This document shows, in pieces, positions 48,105-58,686 of a stretch of DNA of 64,000 nt. Position 1 is the stretch's first letter, and every line of letters starts with the position of its first letter. Source of the DNA: Longimicrobiales bacterium. GTDB lineage: Bacteria > Gemmatimonadota > Gemmatimonadetes > Longimicrobiales > Gaopeijiaceae. The DNA lies in assembly GCA_965238005.1 (NCBI GenBank), contig OZ250165.1:4544001-4608000 (forward strand). Direction: 5' to 3'. The translations under genes and the position numbers were made by a program. The notes beneath the pieces were generated by a model. It ran no database searches. It saw only the letters and a program-made list of their open reading frames with translations, and was not told where the DNA came from.

Positions 48105-48992
48105 CTAGGTGGGAAGGGAGGGGGTCGAAGGGCCCGCCTGATTAGCCGCAGCCTCACGAAAGAAGTCACTCAGATGGCGGCTTCCATAGGCGGGCGCCAC
48201 CACGTCCGTCACGCTCACGTCCACGCCAAACGCCAGCAGCGTGGCAAGACGTGGATTCAGGGGTCGGGCTGCTGTGGCCGCCGCCCGTGCCACCCACTCC
48301 GGCACCGAGCGGATCCGCTCCGGTCGTCCGGCGACGCGAAGAGCGAGCTCGACGATGCCGCGTCGGCTGAAGACCTCTGGTCCGCCGACCGACAGCTCCT
48401 CCCGCTCCGACTCCAGGTGATCGACCGAGAAATCCCCCAGGTCCGCCTCGTGAATGGGGTTGGCCCGTGCCGTACCGTCGCCTATCACCACTCCGTGGCC
48501 CTTTCTAGCCATGCGGAGGAAATCGAGGAAGATCGAGAAGAACCCGGTGGGCCGGATGACCAGGCTAGAGACGGGGGAGGCGCCCAGCGCGTCGACGAAC
48601 TGCTCATGAGCATCGGCGTAGCCGTTGTGGCGGAGCTTCTTGCCTTCGTGGAGCGAGACGTAGACGAACCGGGGGGTGCCCTCACGCTCCGCCTCGCTCA
48701 GCAAGTTGCGGTTGCCGGTGAAGTCCACGTCGAGATAGCGACGCCGATCCCGAAAATCGTCCAGGCGCATGGAGGAGCCTGCGCACGAGAACACCAGGTC
48801 GACGCCCTGAGAGGTTCCCGTGAGGGAGTCGGGGCGGGTGAGGTCGGCCCGGACATGCTCACCGGTGAAGAGCATTGCAGCGCTGCGAGGTCCGCGGGAC
48901 AGCGTTCGGACCCGATGGCCGCGCTCGGCGAGCGACCGCAAGACCTCCTGCCCGAGGCTTCCCGAGGCCCCGGCTAACAAAACCCGCGCCAT
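48105..48992 (-). CDS. Atypical SDR / NAD(P)H-binding oxidoreductase
   Basis: LAGASGSLG, VDFTGNRNL, IRPTGFF, NPIHEADL. Confidence 0.85.
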   Translation of the reverse strand: MARVLLAGASGSLGQEVLRSLAERGHRVRTLSRGPRSAAMLFTGEHVRADLTRPDSLTGTSQGVDLVFSCAGSSMRLDDFRDRRRYLDVDFTGNRNLLSEAEREGTPRFVYVSLHEGKKLRHNGYADAHEQFVDALGASPVSSLVIRPTGFFSIFLDFLRMARKGHGVVIGDGTARANPIHEADLGDFSVDHLESEREELSVGGPEVFSRRGIVELALRVAGRPERIRSVPEWVARAAATAARPLNPRLATLLAFGVDVSVTDVVAPAYGSRHLSDFFREAAANQAGPSTPSLPT

Positions 48993-49242
48993 CGATTCTT
49001 CCTCGAAAGGACATGTCGAGCGGCCCGCTCACACAGGGCGGGCGGGGGCAAGAGAGGCCCCTTTTGGCGGACCGGAGGCGTCCTTCGCTCGCGCCTGCGG
49101 CAAGCTAGAAGAGGGCAGACAGGCCCACAAGCCCGACAGGACGGCTGGGGGTTGGGTGTAAGGCCTATTCACCTTAAAACTCCTGTCTTGCTCGATCCCC
49201 CTGAGAGGGGTCCCACACACATATTGAGGAGAATGACGGCGC

Positions 49243-49648
49243 ATGGTTAGGGCTTCTGCCAAGAAAGCCGCGCTGGCCTGCTTGGTGGCCGCCTTCGGGG
49301 TCCAGACCACGCTCGTCTACACCGATGAGCGTCAGGATCCGTTGTCCGAGGCCGCGCTCCGCGGTCGCACCCTCTGGCACGAGAACGCTTGCCAGGTCTG
49401 TCACCAGCTCGATGGGCAAGGTATTTCTAGGTCCGGACCTCACCAACGCCGCCAGCCGCATGGACGCGTCCAGGCTGGCGTCGCTCCTGACAGTGAGCAG
49501 TGACCAGATGCCTCCGTTCCACTTCACGGACGAGCAGATCACCGACCTCTCCGCCTACCTCGAGGCGTTGGAGCGGCCCGATCTGGGCCGGGGGCAGCTG
49601 CGACTCGGAGCCGCACGGGAGGGGAGCGGGCCGGGGGGAGCCTTCGAT
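49243..49648 (+). pseudogene. NorC-like membrane-anchored cytochrome c, frameshift near 49423
   Basis: CQVCH heme motif; after shift FLGPDLTN..QMP. Confidence 0.8.
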
Positions 49649-50607
49649 CGAGGATGCCCATCCGATACGGCAGTTCGCCACGCTCACCTTCGTGCGCGGG
49701 GGACTCATCGCCATCGCCCTCTTGGGCGGCTTGCTGGGGGCTTTGTACTCGGTTCCGTCCCTGGCGCCAACCTTTCAGTCCCTCGGCCTCGACCTGAGGC
49801 AGCTCCGTCCGATCCACACGACCTTCGCCTCTGCGTGGATCTTCCTCGGAGGCCTGGCCGTGGTCCATTGTTAACTCATGGACCACGGCGGTCCGGCCAC
49901 GGACGGCGACCGCTGGAGGCTGAGGGTAAAGGTGCTCTGCTGGACCGCAGCGGGCGTCGGCATCCTCGCCACGCTCCTGGCCGGCGTCGGGCCGGGCCGA
50001 GAGTATGTGGGCTTCCACCCGGCGTTCTCGGTCCTGATCCTAATCGGCTGGCTCTGCTATGCCTGGAACTTCTTCCGGGTCGTGGGGCCCGGCTTCTGGA
50101 ACCGTCCGCTCTACGTTACCATGTGGGGCGTGGGGACGGTGTTCTTCGTCTACACATTCCTCGAACAGCACGCTTACCTCCTGCCGGGGATCTGGAGCGA
50201 TCCGGTACACGACTGAGAGTCCAGTGGAAGGCGACAGGCACGCTGGTAGGGGCCTTCAACCTCTTCGTCTACGGCTCCGTCATCTACATCGGCGAGCGAA
50301 TCTCCGGCGACGGCGAGTACGGACATTCGAGGACCGCCTACACCCTCTTCGCGGTGGGCCCCCTGAACTCCTTCACCAACTTCGCGCACCACTCCTACCA
50401 CCTCCCCCAGCGCGAGATCGTGAAGTGGATCGCCTTCGTCGTGAGCATGATTCGGCGGAAGCCTACCTCCCGCCGGCCTGGCTCGGGGCTTCGTCGGGGC
50501 TTGTGTTCGCGCTCACCGGGGCGATCGTATTCCTGTTCTTCAGTTCGGTCCTCACAACGCTGTTTCCTCTCGCGTTCCGGTCCTTCCGGGCAGTAGGCTC
50601 GGCTTGA
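49649..50607 (+). pseudogene. Heme-copper oxidase superfamily (NorB-like) subunit, disrupted
   Basis: LRPIHT, GREY, NFAHHSYH; TAA at 49872-49874, frameshift near 50213, deletion junction near 50450. Confidence 0.7.
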
Positions 50608-50645
50608 CCGCACTCACCTGTAGCAGCTGAAAAGAGATACCGACC

Positions 50646-51902
50646 GTGGCCAAGAAGAAGGCGACCATCCGAAAAGTTCCGTGCAGGGGGGTCTTATACG
50701 TCGTGGCCGAGGCCATGAAGCTCGGCTTCAGGAACGGCCACCCCGACTGGTCCAATCTGGGCCAGGGACAGCCGGAAGTCGGTCCCATCGAGGGAGCGCC
50801 AACTCGCCTCTCGTGGATAACCCTGGAGCCTCACGACCACGCCTACGGGCCCGTCGGGGGCATCGACGAGCTCCGGGAGGCCGTGGCTGAACACTACAAC
50901 CGCCTTTACCGAGAAGGGTCGGACTCCAGGTACAAGAAGCAGAACGTCAGCATCGCGTCCGGGGGGCGCCTTATCCTGTCGCGGATCTTTGCGGCCCTGG
51001 GCGAGGTCCCGCTGGGGTACCAGGTGCCCGACTACCCCGCGTACGAAGACATGCTGGACTATCACAGCTACCGCGTGAAGCCGGTAGCGGTGCCCACGGC
51101 CCCCAAAGACGACTTCGTCATTTCGTCGGAGCGCCTCGGCAAGGTGATGACCAGCGAAAAGCTCCAGGCCTTCCTCTTCAGCAACCCGTGCAACCCGACG
51201 GGGCAGTTGATCAGGGATGCCGAGCTGAAGGCGTACTTGAAGGTGGCTCGCAAGCACAAGTGCACCCTCATCCTCGACGAGTTCTACTCGCACTTCATCT
51301 ACGGCGACTCCGGGGAGCCGGGGGACGGGCCCGTCTCGGCAGCCCAGTACGTTCGCAACGTCGAGAAAGATTCTGTCCTGTTGGTGGACGGGCTCACCAA
51401 GAGCTTCCGGTATCCCGGTTGGCGGGTCGGCTGGGCGGTGGGACCGTCGGACGTCATCGAGAACATCACCCGGGCTGGCAGCGCCATCGACGGTGGACCG
51501 AGCCTCCCGGCCCAGCGGCTCGCTATCAAGGCTCTCGAGTCGGCGAGAGCCGACCAGGAGACTGAGGCGGTACGGAGCGTGTTCGCCCGGAAGCGGAACG
51601 TCATGCTCGAGGGGCTCCGCTCCATGGGTATCAAGTGCGAGCACGAGCCCTCGGGTACGTTCTATGTGTGGGCCGATATCGGGGGTCTACCCAAGCCTCT
51701 CAATGACGCCGAAGAGTTCTTCCGCGCGGCCCTGAAGAGGAAGGTCATGACGGTCCCGGGTCGATGGTTCGACGTGAACCCGGGAGGGGTCAAACCCCCG
51801 ATGAAGGATCTCAAGAAGTGGGTCCGATTCTCCTTCGGTCCACCGGAGGCCAAAGTTCGCATGGGGCTGGAGCGCGTCGAGGAGATGATCCGGGGCGACT
51901 GA
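50646..51902 (+). CDS. Class I/II PLP-dependent aminotransferase
   Basis: NLGQGQPE, SNPCNPTG, LDEFY, GLTK..PGWRVGW. Confidence 0.92.
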   Translation: MAKKKATIRKVPCRGVLYVVAEAMKLGFRNGHPDWSNLGQGQPEVGPIEGAPTRLSWITLEPHDHAYGPVGGIDELREAVAEHYNRLYREGSDSRYKKQNVSIASGGRLILSRIFAALGEVPLGYQVPDYPAYEDMLDYHSYRVKPVAVPTAPKDDFVISSERLGKVMTSEKLQAFLFSNPCNPTGQLIRDAELKAYLKVARKHKCTLILDEFYSHFIYGDSGEPGDGPVSAAQYVRNVEKDSVLLVDGLTKSFRYPGWRVGWAVGPSDVIENITRAGSAIDGGPSLPAQRLAIKALESARADQETEAVRSVFARKRNVMLEGLRSMGIKCEHEPSGTFYVWADIGGLPKPLNDAEEFFRAALKRKVMTVPGRWFDVNPGGVKPPMKDLKKWVRFSFGPPEAKVRMGLERVEEMIRGD

Positions 51903-51940
51903 GGGCGGGACAGCCCCGACACATCACACTCGGAGGATCC

Positions 51941-52960
51941 ATGGCGCACAAGCGCGGCGCCAGCTGGCGAGACGAGGCTGCTGCAGGTCTCATGGCAAAG
52001 ACGCTCTCCGGTCTCGACGTGGAGGGGGATCTCCTCGTCATGCTCGAGGGGCGGGAAGAGGTCACCGGCGCCGTTGTCGCTTCGGGCGGCAGGCCCCATT
52101 CATGGCACCGGCTGGCCCTGCGTGGCCGTGTTGCCTCGCCATGGCCTTCTGGAGGCCCTTACGCGGCAGCGACCCTCAGGCTCCCCAGGGCAAAGGAGGA
52201 GCTTGAGATGTCCGTCCACGCGGCCGCGGCCTCCCTTCACGTGGGTGCCCGGGTCTGGGTGTACGGGGCCAACGACGAGGGGGCCGGCTCCGCCGAAGGG
52301 CGGGTCCGGCAGGTGCTGGGCGCGGCCACGACTATCGCCACGGGAGGCCGCTGCAGGGTATTGGAGGCCACGCGTCCCGAGGAGGTCCCCGGGCTGCTGG
52401 GCACCCTCGAGGCGTGGCAGCGCTCCACTCCCCTGGACGTCGCCCATCTTCCGACCACCTGGATCTCCTATCCGGGCGTGTTCGCCCATGGCCGAGTGGA
52501 CGAGGGCACCCGGGCTCTCATGGATACGATTCCGTCGCTTGCCGCGAGAGCGAGAGTTCTCGATTTCGCCTGTGGATCGGGGCTCCTGGGTGCATGGGTC
52601 ACGGCACGGGAGCCCACCGTCTCCGTGGACTTTCTGGACGTCGACGCCGTAGCCCTGGAGGCGGTCGAGGCGAACGTACCCGGATCCCATAGAATCCTGT
52701 CTGATGGGCTCAGGGAGCTGGGGGATCAGCGCTACGACCTGATCGTCAGTAATCCGCCGTACCATGAAGGGAAGGGTGAGACGGAGCGGGTCCTGAAGGA
52801 GCTGGCGAGCGGCGCCCCGGCACATCTGACGGAGGGGGGCATGCTGCTGCTGGTGACCCAGCGCCGCCTTCCGGTTCAACGCCACCTGGAGGCGGTATTC
52901 GGCACCGTCCGGGCGATCCTCAATGAGGGGCCACATCGGGTCTGGCGCGCGGATCTGTAG
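51941..52960 (+). CDS. RsmC-like class I SAM-dependent methyltransferase
   Basis: PGVFAHGRVDEGT, LDFACGSG, VSNPPYH; GGAGG SD. Confidence 0.82.
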   Translation: MAHKRGASWRDEAAAGLMAKTLSGLDVEGDLLVMLEGREEVTGAVVASGGRPHSWHRLALRGRVASPWPSGGPYAAATLRLPRAKEELEMSVHAAAASLHVGARVWVYGANDEGAGSAEGRVRQVLGAATTIATGGRCRVLEATRPEEVPGLLGTLEAWQRSTPLDVAHLPTTWISYPGVFAHGRVDEGTRALMDTIPSLAARARVLDFACGSGLLGAWVTAREPTVSVDFLDVDAVALEAVEANVPGSHRILSDGLRELGDQRYDLIVSNPPYHEGKGETERVLKELASGAPAHLTEGGMLLLVTQRRLPVQRHLEAVFGTVRAILNEGPHRVWRADL

Positions 52961-53122
52961 CCCCCTCGGCGTGTGGCCGGAGGACGACGGTGCTCCGCCT
53001 GGGAAGAGCATCGTCATCCGGGGAGCGGGCCGTTCTGCCGGTTGCTCGGCGGGGCGTAACTTTCACAGGCACGGTGGGTAGCTCCCAGCGTTCCCTACCG
53101 CCTGACAGACCTGCCACGCTCG

Positions 53123-53152
53123 CGTGGCCGTCTTCTACGTGGCCGTCTTCTA
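53123..53152 (+). repeat. 15-bp perfect tandem duplication
   Basis: cgtggccgtcttcta x2. Confidence 0.85.
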
Positions 53153-53167
53153 CAGGGAGGAGTCCGC

Positions 53168-53935
53168 TTGCCTTCGGGCGTCCGAGGCCGGCCGGCCCGC
53201 ATCACTCGATATCGCCGCCGACTGGTTCCCCGCCCTGTTCGTGCAGCGTGGTATCATGCGGCGGCCCTACTGCGGGAATTCCGCCTACCGATCTCCGGGT
53301 TCCTCTTCCTCACGGTGGTTGGCGGTTTCGCGTACGGGGAGCTGTACGAGGTGCTCAGGGGCGATGAGATGCCGCTCATCGACCGCCCCTACGTGATCGT
53401 CCAGCTCATGATCCTCGAGGCTCCAGAGGCGGTCCCCCCCGAGGCGGCTCTCGTGGCGTTCTGGTACGCCATGCCGGTGGCCTTCGTGCTGTTGGTCGCG
53501 TTGGGTGCCGCCGACTTCGTAAATCTTGTTTTCAATCGTGACGAGCAGAGAAACCCTTGGGCGGAGGCCTTGGCGTTGACGTATCGGAATCATGTGATCG
53601 TGTTTGGTGCGGGACACGTGGGTGAGCGCGTGATCCGCGACCTGGTGGACATGGGCCTCGATGTGGTGGCCATCGATCAGTCACCGATCGAGGGCGTGGA
53701 GTACTCCACCATCCGCCTCCCCGTGGCGGAAACCTCGTTTCTGGTGGGGCGGACGGTTGGAGACCTCCAGACGGACCAAGAGCTCGACATCGTCCTGGTG
53801 GAGCGGACCGGCGAGGTAAGTGTTCAGCCGTCTCGAGATCCCACGGTCCAAGCGGGGGACGATCTCGTGTTCTTCGCCCGGCACGACCGGGTGCTGGACG
53901 TGGTCTCGCGTAACGTCGCCGGGGCCGCGGGCTGA
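53168..53935 (+). pseudogene. TrkA-domain potassium channel protein with in-frame internal deletion (start uncertain)
   Basis: TM region, then NHVIVFGAGHVG..VVAID joined near 53685 directly to an RCK_C tail; most of RCK_N missing. Confidence 0.7.
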
Positions 53936-54023
53936 GGGCCTCCGCCACCTTGCGGAATCCCCGGGGTACCCCCATTCATGGTCGCTTGATTTTCCTCGTC
54001 CACCGTCCGAAGAGGGCCTGAGA

Positions 54024-55826
54024 GTGGAACCCACGGACGTCACCGAACCTCAGTATTACCACAAAGTCGTCGACTGCCAGTGGGCGTGTCCTGCCCATAC
54101 GCCCGTTCCAGAGTACATCCGGCTCATCGCCCAGGGGCGGTTCACTGAGTCGTATATGCTCAATCGCGAGTCGAACGTCTTCCCGGGGATCCTGGGGAGG
54201 ACGTGTGACCGCCCCTGCGAGCCCGCCTGCCGGCGGGTTCGGGTCGAGGACGAGCCTGTGGCCATCTGCCGGCTCAAGCGGGTGGCTGCCGACCTCAGGG
54301 GCGACGTGTCGGATCTTCTCCCCAAGGCCCCGACGGAGAAAAACGGGAAGCGGGTGGCGTTGATCGGTGCAGGCCCCGCCTCCCTGACCGTGGCCAACGA
54401 CCTCATGCAGCTGGGCTACGAGTGCGTCCTCTATGAGAGGATGGATCGTCCCGGCGGGCTCATGCGGACCAACATCCCGGCCTTCAGGCTCCCGGCACAG
54501 GTCCTCGACGAGGAGATTGACGCCATTCTGGACATGGGCGTCGAGGTCCACTACAGCCATCCGGTCGAGAGCCTGAAGCGCTTCCTGGACGAAGAGGACT
54601 TCGACGCCGTGTTCATCGGGACGGGAGCGCCCAAGGGCAAGGAGCTCCGCATCCCGGGGCGGGACGAGGCCGACGCCAAGATCCACATCGGCATCGAATG
54701 GCTCGAGTCGGTCCACTTTGGGCACGTGGAGTCCATCGGCGAACGCGTCCTGGTCATCGGCGTCGGCAATACAGCCATGGACTGTTGCCGCACCTCCAAG
54801 CGGATCGGCGGCAAGGACGTGAAGGTCATCGCCCGGAAGACCCGCCCCTACTTCAAGGCGTCTGCGTGGGAGCTCGAGGACGCCGAGGAAGAGGTGGTGG
54901 AGATCGTGGAGAACCACTCGCCGGGTCGCTTTCTCCTCGAGGACGGGCGCCTGGTGGGCATGGAGTTCGATGTCGTCGAGTGGCATCCGGACGAGACGGG
55001 TCGGCTGGTGGCTACGAAGCTCGATACCGCGGTCATTCCGTGTGACGACGTCATCCTCGCCATCGGCCAGGACAACGCCTTCCCCTGGATCGAGCGGGAC
55101 ATCGGCATCGAGTTCGGAGAGTGGGACATGCCAGTGGTGGACCGGACCACCTTCCAGACGACCCGTGACGGCGTCTTCGTCGGTGGGGACGCTGCGTGGG
55201 GCCCGGAGAACATCATCTGGGCTGTGGAGCACGGGCATCAAGCCGCCATTTCGATCCACAACCACTGCCGGGGTGTGCCCCCCACAGATCGACTCTCCTA
55301 TGGCATGAACCTCGTGTCCCAGAAAATGGGACTCCACTCCTGGAGCTACGGGAGCGACTACGACCCGGCCTTCCGCTCCAAGATGAACCACGTCGAGCTG
55401 GTGGAGCGCTTCAAGGCGCTGGAGGTCGAGGTCGAGCTGGGGTTCGATCCGGAGCAGACCGCCGTCGAGGTCGAGCGCTGTCTGAACTGTGACATTCAGA
55501 CCGACTTCACGCCGATCCTGTGCATCGAGTGTGACGCGTGCATCGACGTGTGCCCTGTCTATTGCCTCACCATCACCCACAATGGGACGGAGGATGATCT
55601 CAGGGCGCGCCTCACCGCCCCGGCCGACAACCTGGATCAGGATCTCTACGTTTCGGAGGCCCTCCCACAGACCGCTCGGGTCATGGTCAAGGACGAAGAC
55701 CTCTGTGTCCACTGCGGACTCTGCGCCGAGCGCTGCCCCACGGCCGCCTGGGACATGCGCAAGTTCGACCTACTCATCCCCTACGCCGGACGGCCGATTT
55801 GGACCGAGACTCTCGAGCCCGTATAA
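54024..55826 (+). CDS. GltD-like FAD/NAD(P) oxidoreductase with C-terminal 4Fe-4S dicluster
   Basis: CQWACPAH, CDRPCEPAC, IGAGPA, IGVGNTAMD, CIECDACIDVCP, CVHCGLCAERCP. Confidence 0.92.
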   Translation: MEPTDVTEPQYYHKVVDCQWACPAHTPVPEYIRLIAQGRFTESYMLNRESNVFPGILGRTCDRPCEPACRRVRVEDEPVAICRLKRVAADLRGDVSDLLPKAPTEKNGKRVALIGAGPASLTVANDLMQLGYECVLYERMDRPGGLMRTNIPAFRLPAQVLDEEIDAILDMGVEVHYSHPVESLKRFLDEEDFDAVFIGTGAPKGKELRIPGRDEADAKIHIGIEWLESVHFGHVESIGERVLVIGVGNTAMDCCRTSKRIGGKDVKVIARKTRPYFKASAWELEDAEEEVVEIVENHSPGRFLLEDGRLVGMEFDVVEWHPDETGRLVATKLDTAVIPCDDVILAIGQDNAFPWIERDIGIEFGEWDMPVVDRTTFQTTRDGVFVGGDAAWGPENIIWAVEHGHQAAISIHNHCRGVPPTDRLSYGMNLVSQKMGLHSWSYGSDYDPAFRSKMNHVELVERFKALEVEVELGFDPEQTAVEVERCLNCDIQTDFTPILCIECDACIDVCPVYCLTITHNGTEDDLRARLTAPADNLDQDLYVSEALPQTARVMVKDEDLCVHCGLCAERCPTAAWDMRKFDLLIPYAGRPIWTETLEPV

Positions 55827-57622
55827 ACGACTTCGCTCTGAAGATCGCCACAGTCAACGGGACGGGCTCCGCCAGCGCCAACGGCCTGCTCATGCAGGCG
55901 GTGTTCCGCATGGGGGTCCCGGTTTCCGGGAAGAACGCGTTCCCGTCGAACATCCAGGGGCTTCCCACGTGGTACGAGATCCGGGTCAACAAGGACGGAT
56001 ACGGCGCCCGGGCGTCGCATTTTGACGTCATGGTCGCCATGAACCCCAAGACCCACGAGCAGGACATCGCCGAGGTGCGCTCGGGGGGATTCCTCCTCTA
56101 CGACTCGACGTGGCCCATGGACGAGGACTTGATGCGGGACGACGTCACCTGCCTGGGGGCGCCGCTGGCACGCATGTGCGTCGAGGCCTTCGAGGGTGCC
56201 AGAGAGCGCATCCTGATGACGAACATCGCGTACGTGGGTACGCTGGTTGCTCTCCTCGACATCGATCTGGACGCGGTCCACGGACTGCTCAGGGAGACGT
56301 TCGAGACGAAGCCCAAGCTCATGGCGTCGAACGAGGTCGCGATCCGCCTCGGCTACGAGTATGCGAAGGAGCACTTCGAGTGCCCGCTGCCCGTCCACGT
56401 GGAGTCCCTCGATCGCACCGGTGACTGTGTCCTCATGACGGGCAACGCGGCGGCGGCTCTGGGCTGCGTCTACGCCGGAGCGACGGTGGGGGCGTGGTAT
56501 CCCATCACGCCGGCCACGTCGGTCATGGACTCGTTCCAAGCCTTCTGCAGCCGCTTCCGCAAGGATCCCGAGACCGGGAAGAACCTCTATTGCATCATCC
56601 AGGCCGAGGACGAGCTGGCGGCCATCGGCATGGTGCTCGGGGCCTCGTGGATGGGGGCCAGGGCCTTCACGCCCACCAGTGGCGCGGGCCTCTCCCTCAT
56701 GAACGAGTTCATCGGCCTGGCCTATTACGCCGAGGTGCCTGCGGTGCTGTTCGACATCCAGCGCACGGGGCCCTCCACCGGCATGCCGACCCGGACCCAG
56801 CAGGGTGACTTCTTCACGGTCGTGTACGCGTCGCACGGCGATACCAAGCATATCGCTCTTTTCCCGGCCGAGCCTCGGGAGTGCTTCTACATGTCCGTCG
56901 AGGCGTTCGACCTCGCCGAGCGCTTCCAGACCCCCGTCTTCGTCGTCTCGGACCTCGACATCGGCATGAACGACTGGATGTGCGAGCGCCTGGAGTGGGA
57001 TGACGACTACGTGCCCGACAGGGGTAAGGTCCTGTCCGCTGAGGAGATCGAGGGCCTCGAGAAGTTCTACCGGTACATGGATGTGGACGGCGACGGCATC
57101 CCGTATCGCACCCTCCCGGGCGTGCACCCGGACGGGGCCTACTTCACCCGGGGATCGGGGCACGACCGATTCGGGCGCTATACGGAGGACGGCGACCTCT
57201 ACAAGGACGTGGTGGATCGCATCGCTATGAAGATCGATAGTGCGGCGGAGCGTGTCCCGGGCCCCGAGATCCGGCGGTCCGAAGGCGCGAGCGTCGGCAT
57301 CGTCACCGTCGGCAGCTGCTGGGGGCCGGTTCTGGAGGCCATCGATCGGTTGGACGAGGAGGGGGTGACCGTGGACTACATGCGGGTGCGGGCGTTCCCG
57401 TTCGCCGGGGCAATCCAGGAGTTCCTGGAGGCCCACGACACCAACGTGGTGGTCGAGCAGAATCGTGACGCGCAGCTTCTGCGCCTCCTCTCCCTGGAGA
57501 CGGGCGTCGCAAAGGACAGGCTCGTGTCCGTCCGAGACTACAGGGGCTTTCCCATGACCGCCCATTTCGTCCTGGACGGCGTCCGGAAGCAGCTGGGACT
57601 CGTACCGACGGAAGCGGGGTAA
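55799..57622 (+). CDS. korA: 2-oxoacid:acceptor oxidoreductase alpha subunit
   Basis: WYPITP, QAEDE, TSGAGLSLM, QRTGPSTGMPT; substrate not determinable. Confidence 0.88.
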   Translation: MDRDSRARINDFALKIATVNGTGSASANGLLMQAVFRMGVPVSGKNAFPSNIQGLPTWYEIRVNKDGYGARASHFDVMVAMNPKTHEQDIAEVRSGGFLLYDSTWPMDEDLMRDDVTCLGAPLARMCVEAFEGARERILMTNIAYVGTLVALLDIDLDAVHGLLRETFETKPKLMASNEVAIRLGYEYAKEHFECPLPVHVESLDRTGDCVLMTGNAAAALGCVYAGATVGAWYPITPATSVMDSFQAFCSRFRKDPETGKNLYCIIQAEDELAAIGMVLGASWMGARAFTPTSGAGLSLMNEFIGLAYYAEVPAVLFDIQRTGPSTGMPTRTQQGDFFTVVYASHGDTKHIALFPAEPRECFYMSVEAFDLAERFQTPVFVVSDLDIGMNDWMCERLEWDDDYVPDRGKVLSAEEIEGLEKFYRYMDVDGDGIPYRTLPGVHPDGAYFTRGSGHDRFGRYTEDGDLYKDVVDRIAMKIDSAAERVPGPEIRRSEGASVGIVTVGSCWGPVLEAIDRLDEEGVTVDYMRVRAFPFAGAIQEFLEAHDTNVVVEQNRDAQLLRLLSLETGVAKDRLVSVRDYRGFPMTAHFVLDGVRKQLGLVPTEAG

Positions 57623-57630
57623 GAGCCTTC

Positions 57631-58686
57631 ATGGCACAGACAGCGAAACCCGAAGTCCGCCATCCACGCTTCCGGAAGAATGCCCTGGGGCTCACGCAGC
57701 GGGACTACGAGGGCACCATGTCGACGCTCTGCGCCGGCTGCGGGCACGACTCGATCACCGCGGCCATCGTTCAGACGTTCTTCGAGCTGGAGATCCCGCC
57801 GTACAGGGTTGCCAAGCTCAGCGGCATCGGCTGCTCGTCCAAGACGCCGGCGTACTTCCTGAGCGAGGCGCACGGGTTCAACGCGGTGCATGGGCGCATG
57901 CCATCCATCGCCACGGGCGCGAACGCCGCCAACCGGGAGCTGGTCTACATTGGCATCTCCGGCGACGGAGACTCCCTCTCCATCGGGCTAGGTCAGCTCT
58001 GCCACGTGATCCGGCGCAACGTGGACATGCTGTACGTGCTGGAGAACAACGGTGTGTACGGCCTCACCAAGGGGCAGTTCTCCGCGTCGGCAGACGTGGG
58101 CACAAAGTCCAAGAGGGGAATGGAGAACCAGATGTCGCCAATCGATCCGGTGCCCTTTGCCCTCACCCTCGGCGCGACCTTCGTGGCGCGCAGCTTCTCG
58201 GGGGACAAGCCCCAGTTGGTCCCGCTTCTCAAGGCGGGTCTGAAGCACAAGGGCTTCGCCCTGGTGGACGTCATCTCGCCATGCGTGACGTTCAACGATC
58301 ACGAGGGCTCGACCAAGAGCTACGCCCACACCCGAGTCCACAACCACGAGGTGGTGGAGACGGACTTCGTTCCGCTCAGAAGCGAGATCAAGGCGGAGCA
58401 GTCCCAAGGTTCAGTCACGGCAGTCATGATGCACGACGGCAGCGTCGTCCAGTTCAGATCGGTGAGCGAGGGGTACGATCCCACCGACCGGGACGCGGCG
58501 TACCACCATGTACGGGAGCTTCAGAGCAGGGGTGAGGTTGCCACCGGACTCCTCTACATCGAGCCTTCGGGGCGGGACATGCACGCCTTCGAGGACACGG
58601 TGGACGAAGCGCTGGCTTCCGTGCCGTACGAGAAGCTGTGTCCCGGTAGTGAGGCGTTGGACGAACTCCAAAGACATTGGCGGTAA
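57631..58686 (+). CDS. korB: 2-oxoacid:ferredoxin oxidoreductase beta subunit
   Basis: CAGCG, SGIGCS, HGR, GDGD, NNGVYGLTKGQ, SPCVTFN. Confidence 0.9.
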   Translation: MAQTAKPEVRHPRFRKNALGLTQRDYEGTMSTLCAGCGHDSITAAIVQTFFELEIPPYRVAKLSGIGCSSKTPAYFLSEAHGFNAVHGRMPSIATGANAANRELVYIGISGDGDSLSIGLGQLCHVIRRNVDMLYVLENNGVYGLTKGQFSASADVGTKSKRGMENQMSPIDPVPFALTLGATFVARSFSGDKPQLVPLLKAGLKHKGFALVDVISPCVTFNDHEGSTKSYAHTRVHNHEVVETDFVPLRSEIKAEQSQGSVTAVMMHDGSVVQFRSVSEGYDPTDRDAAYHHVRELQSRGEVATGLLYIEPSGRDMHAFEDTVDEALASVPYEKLCPGSEALDELQRHWR

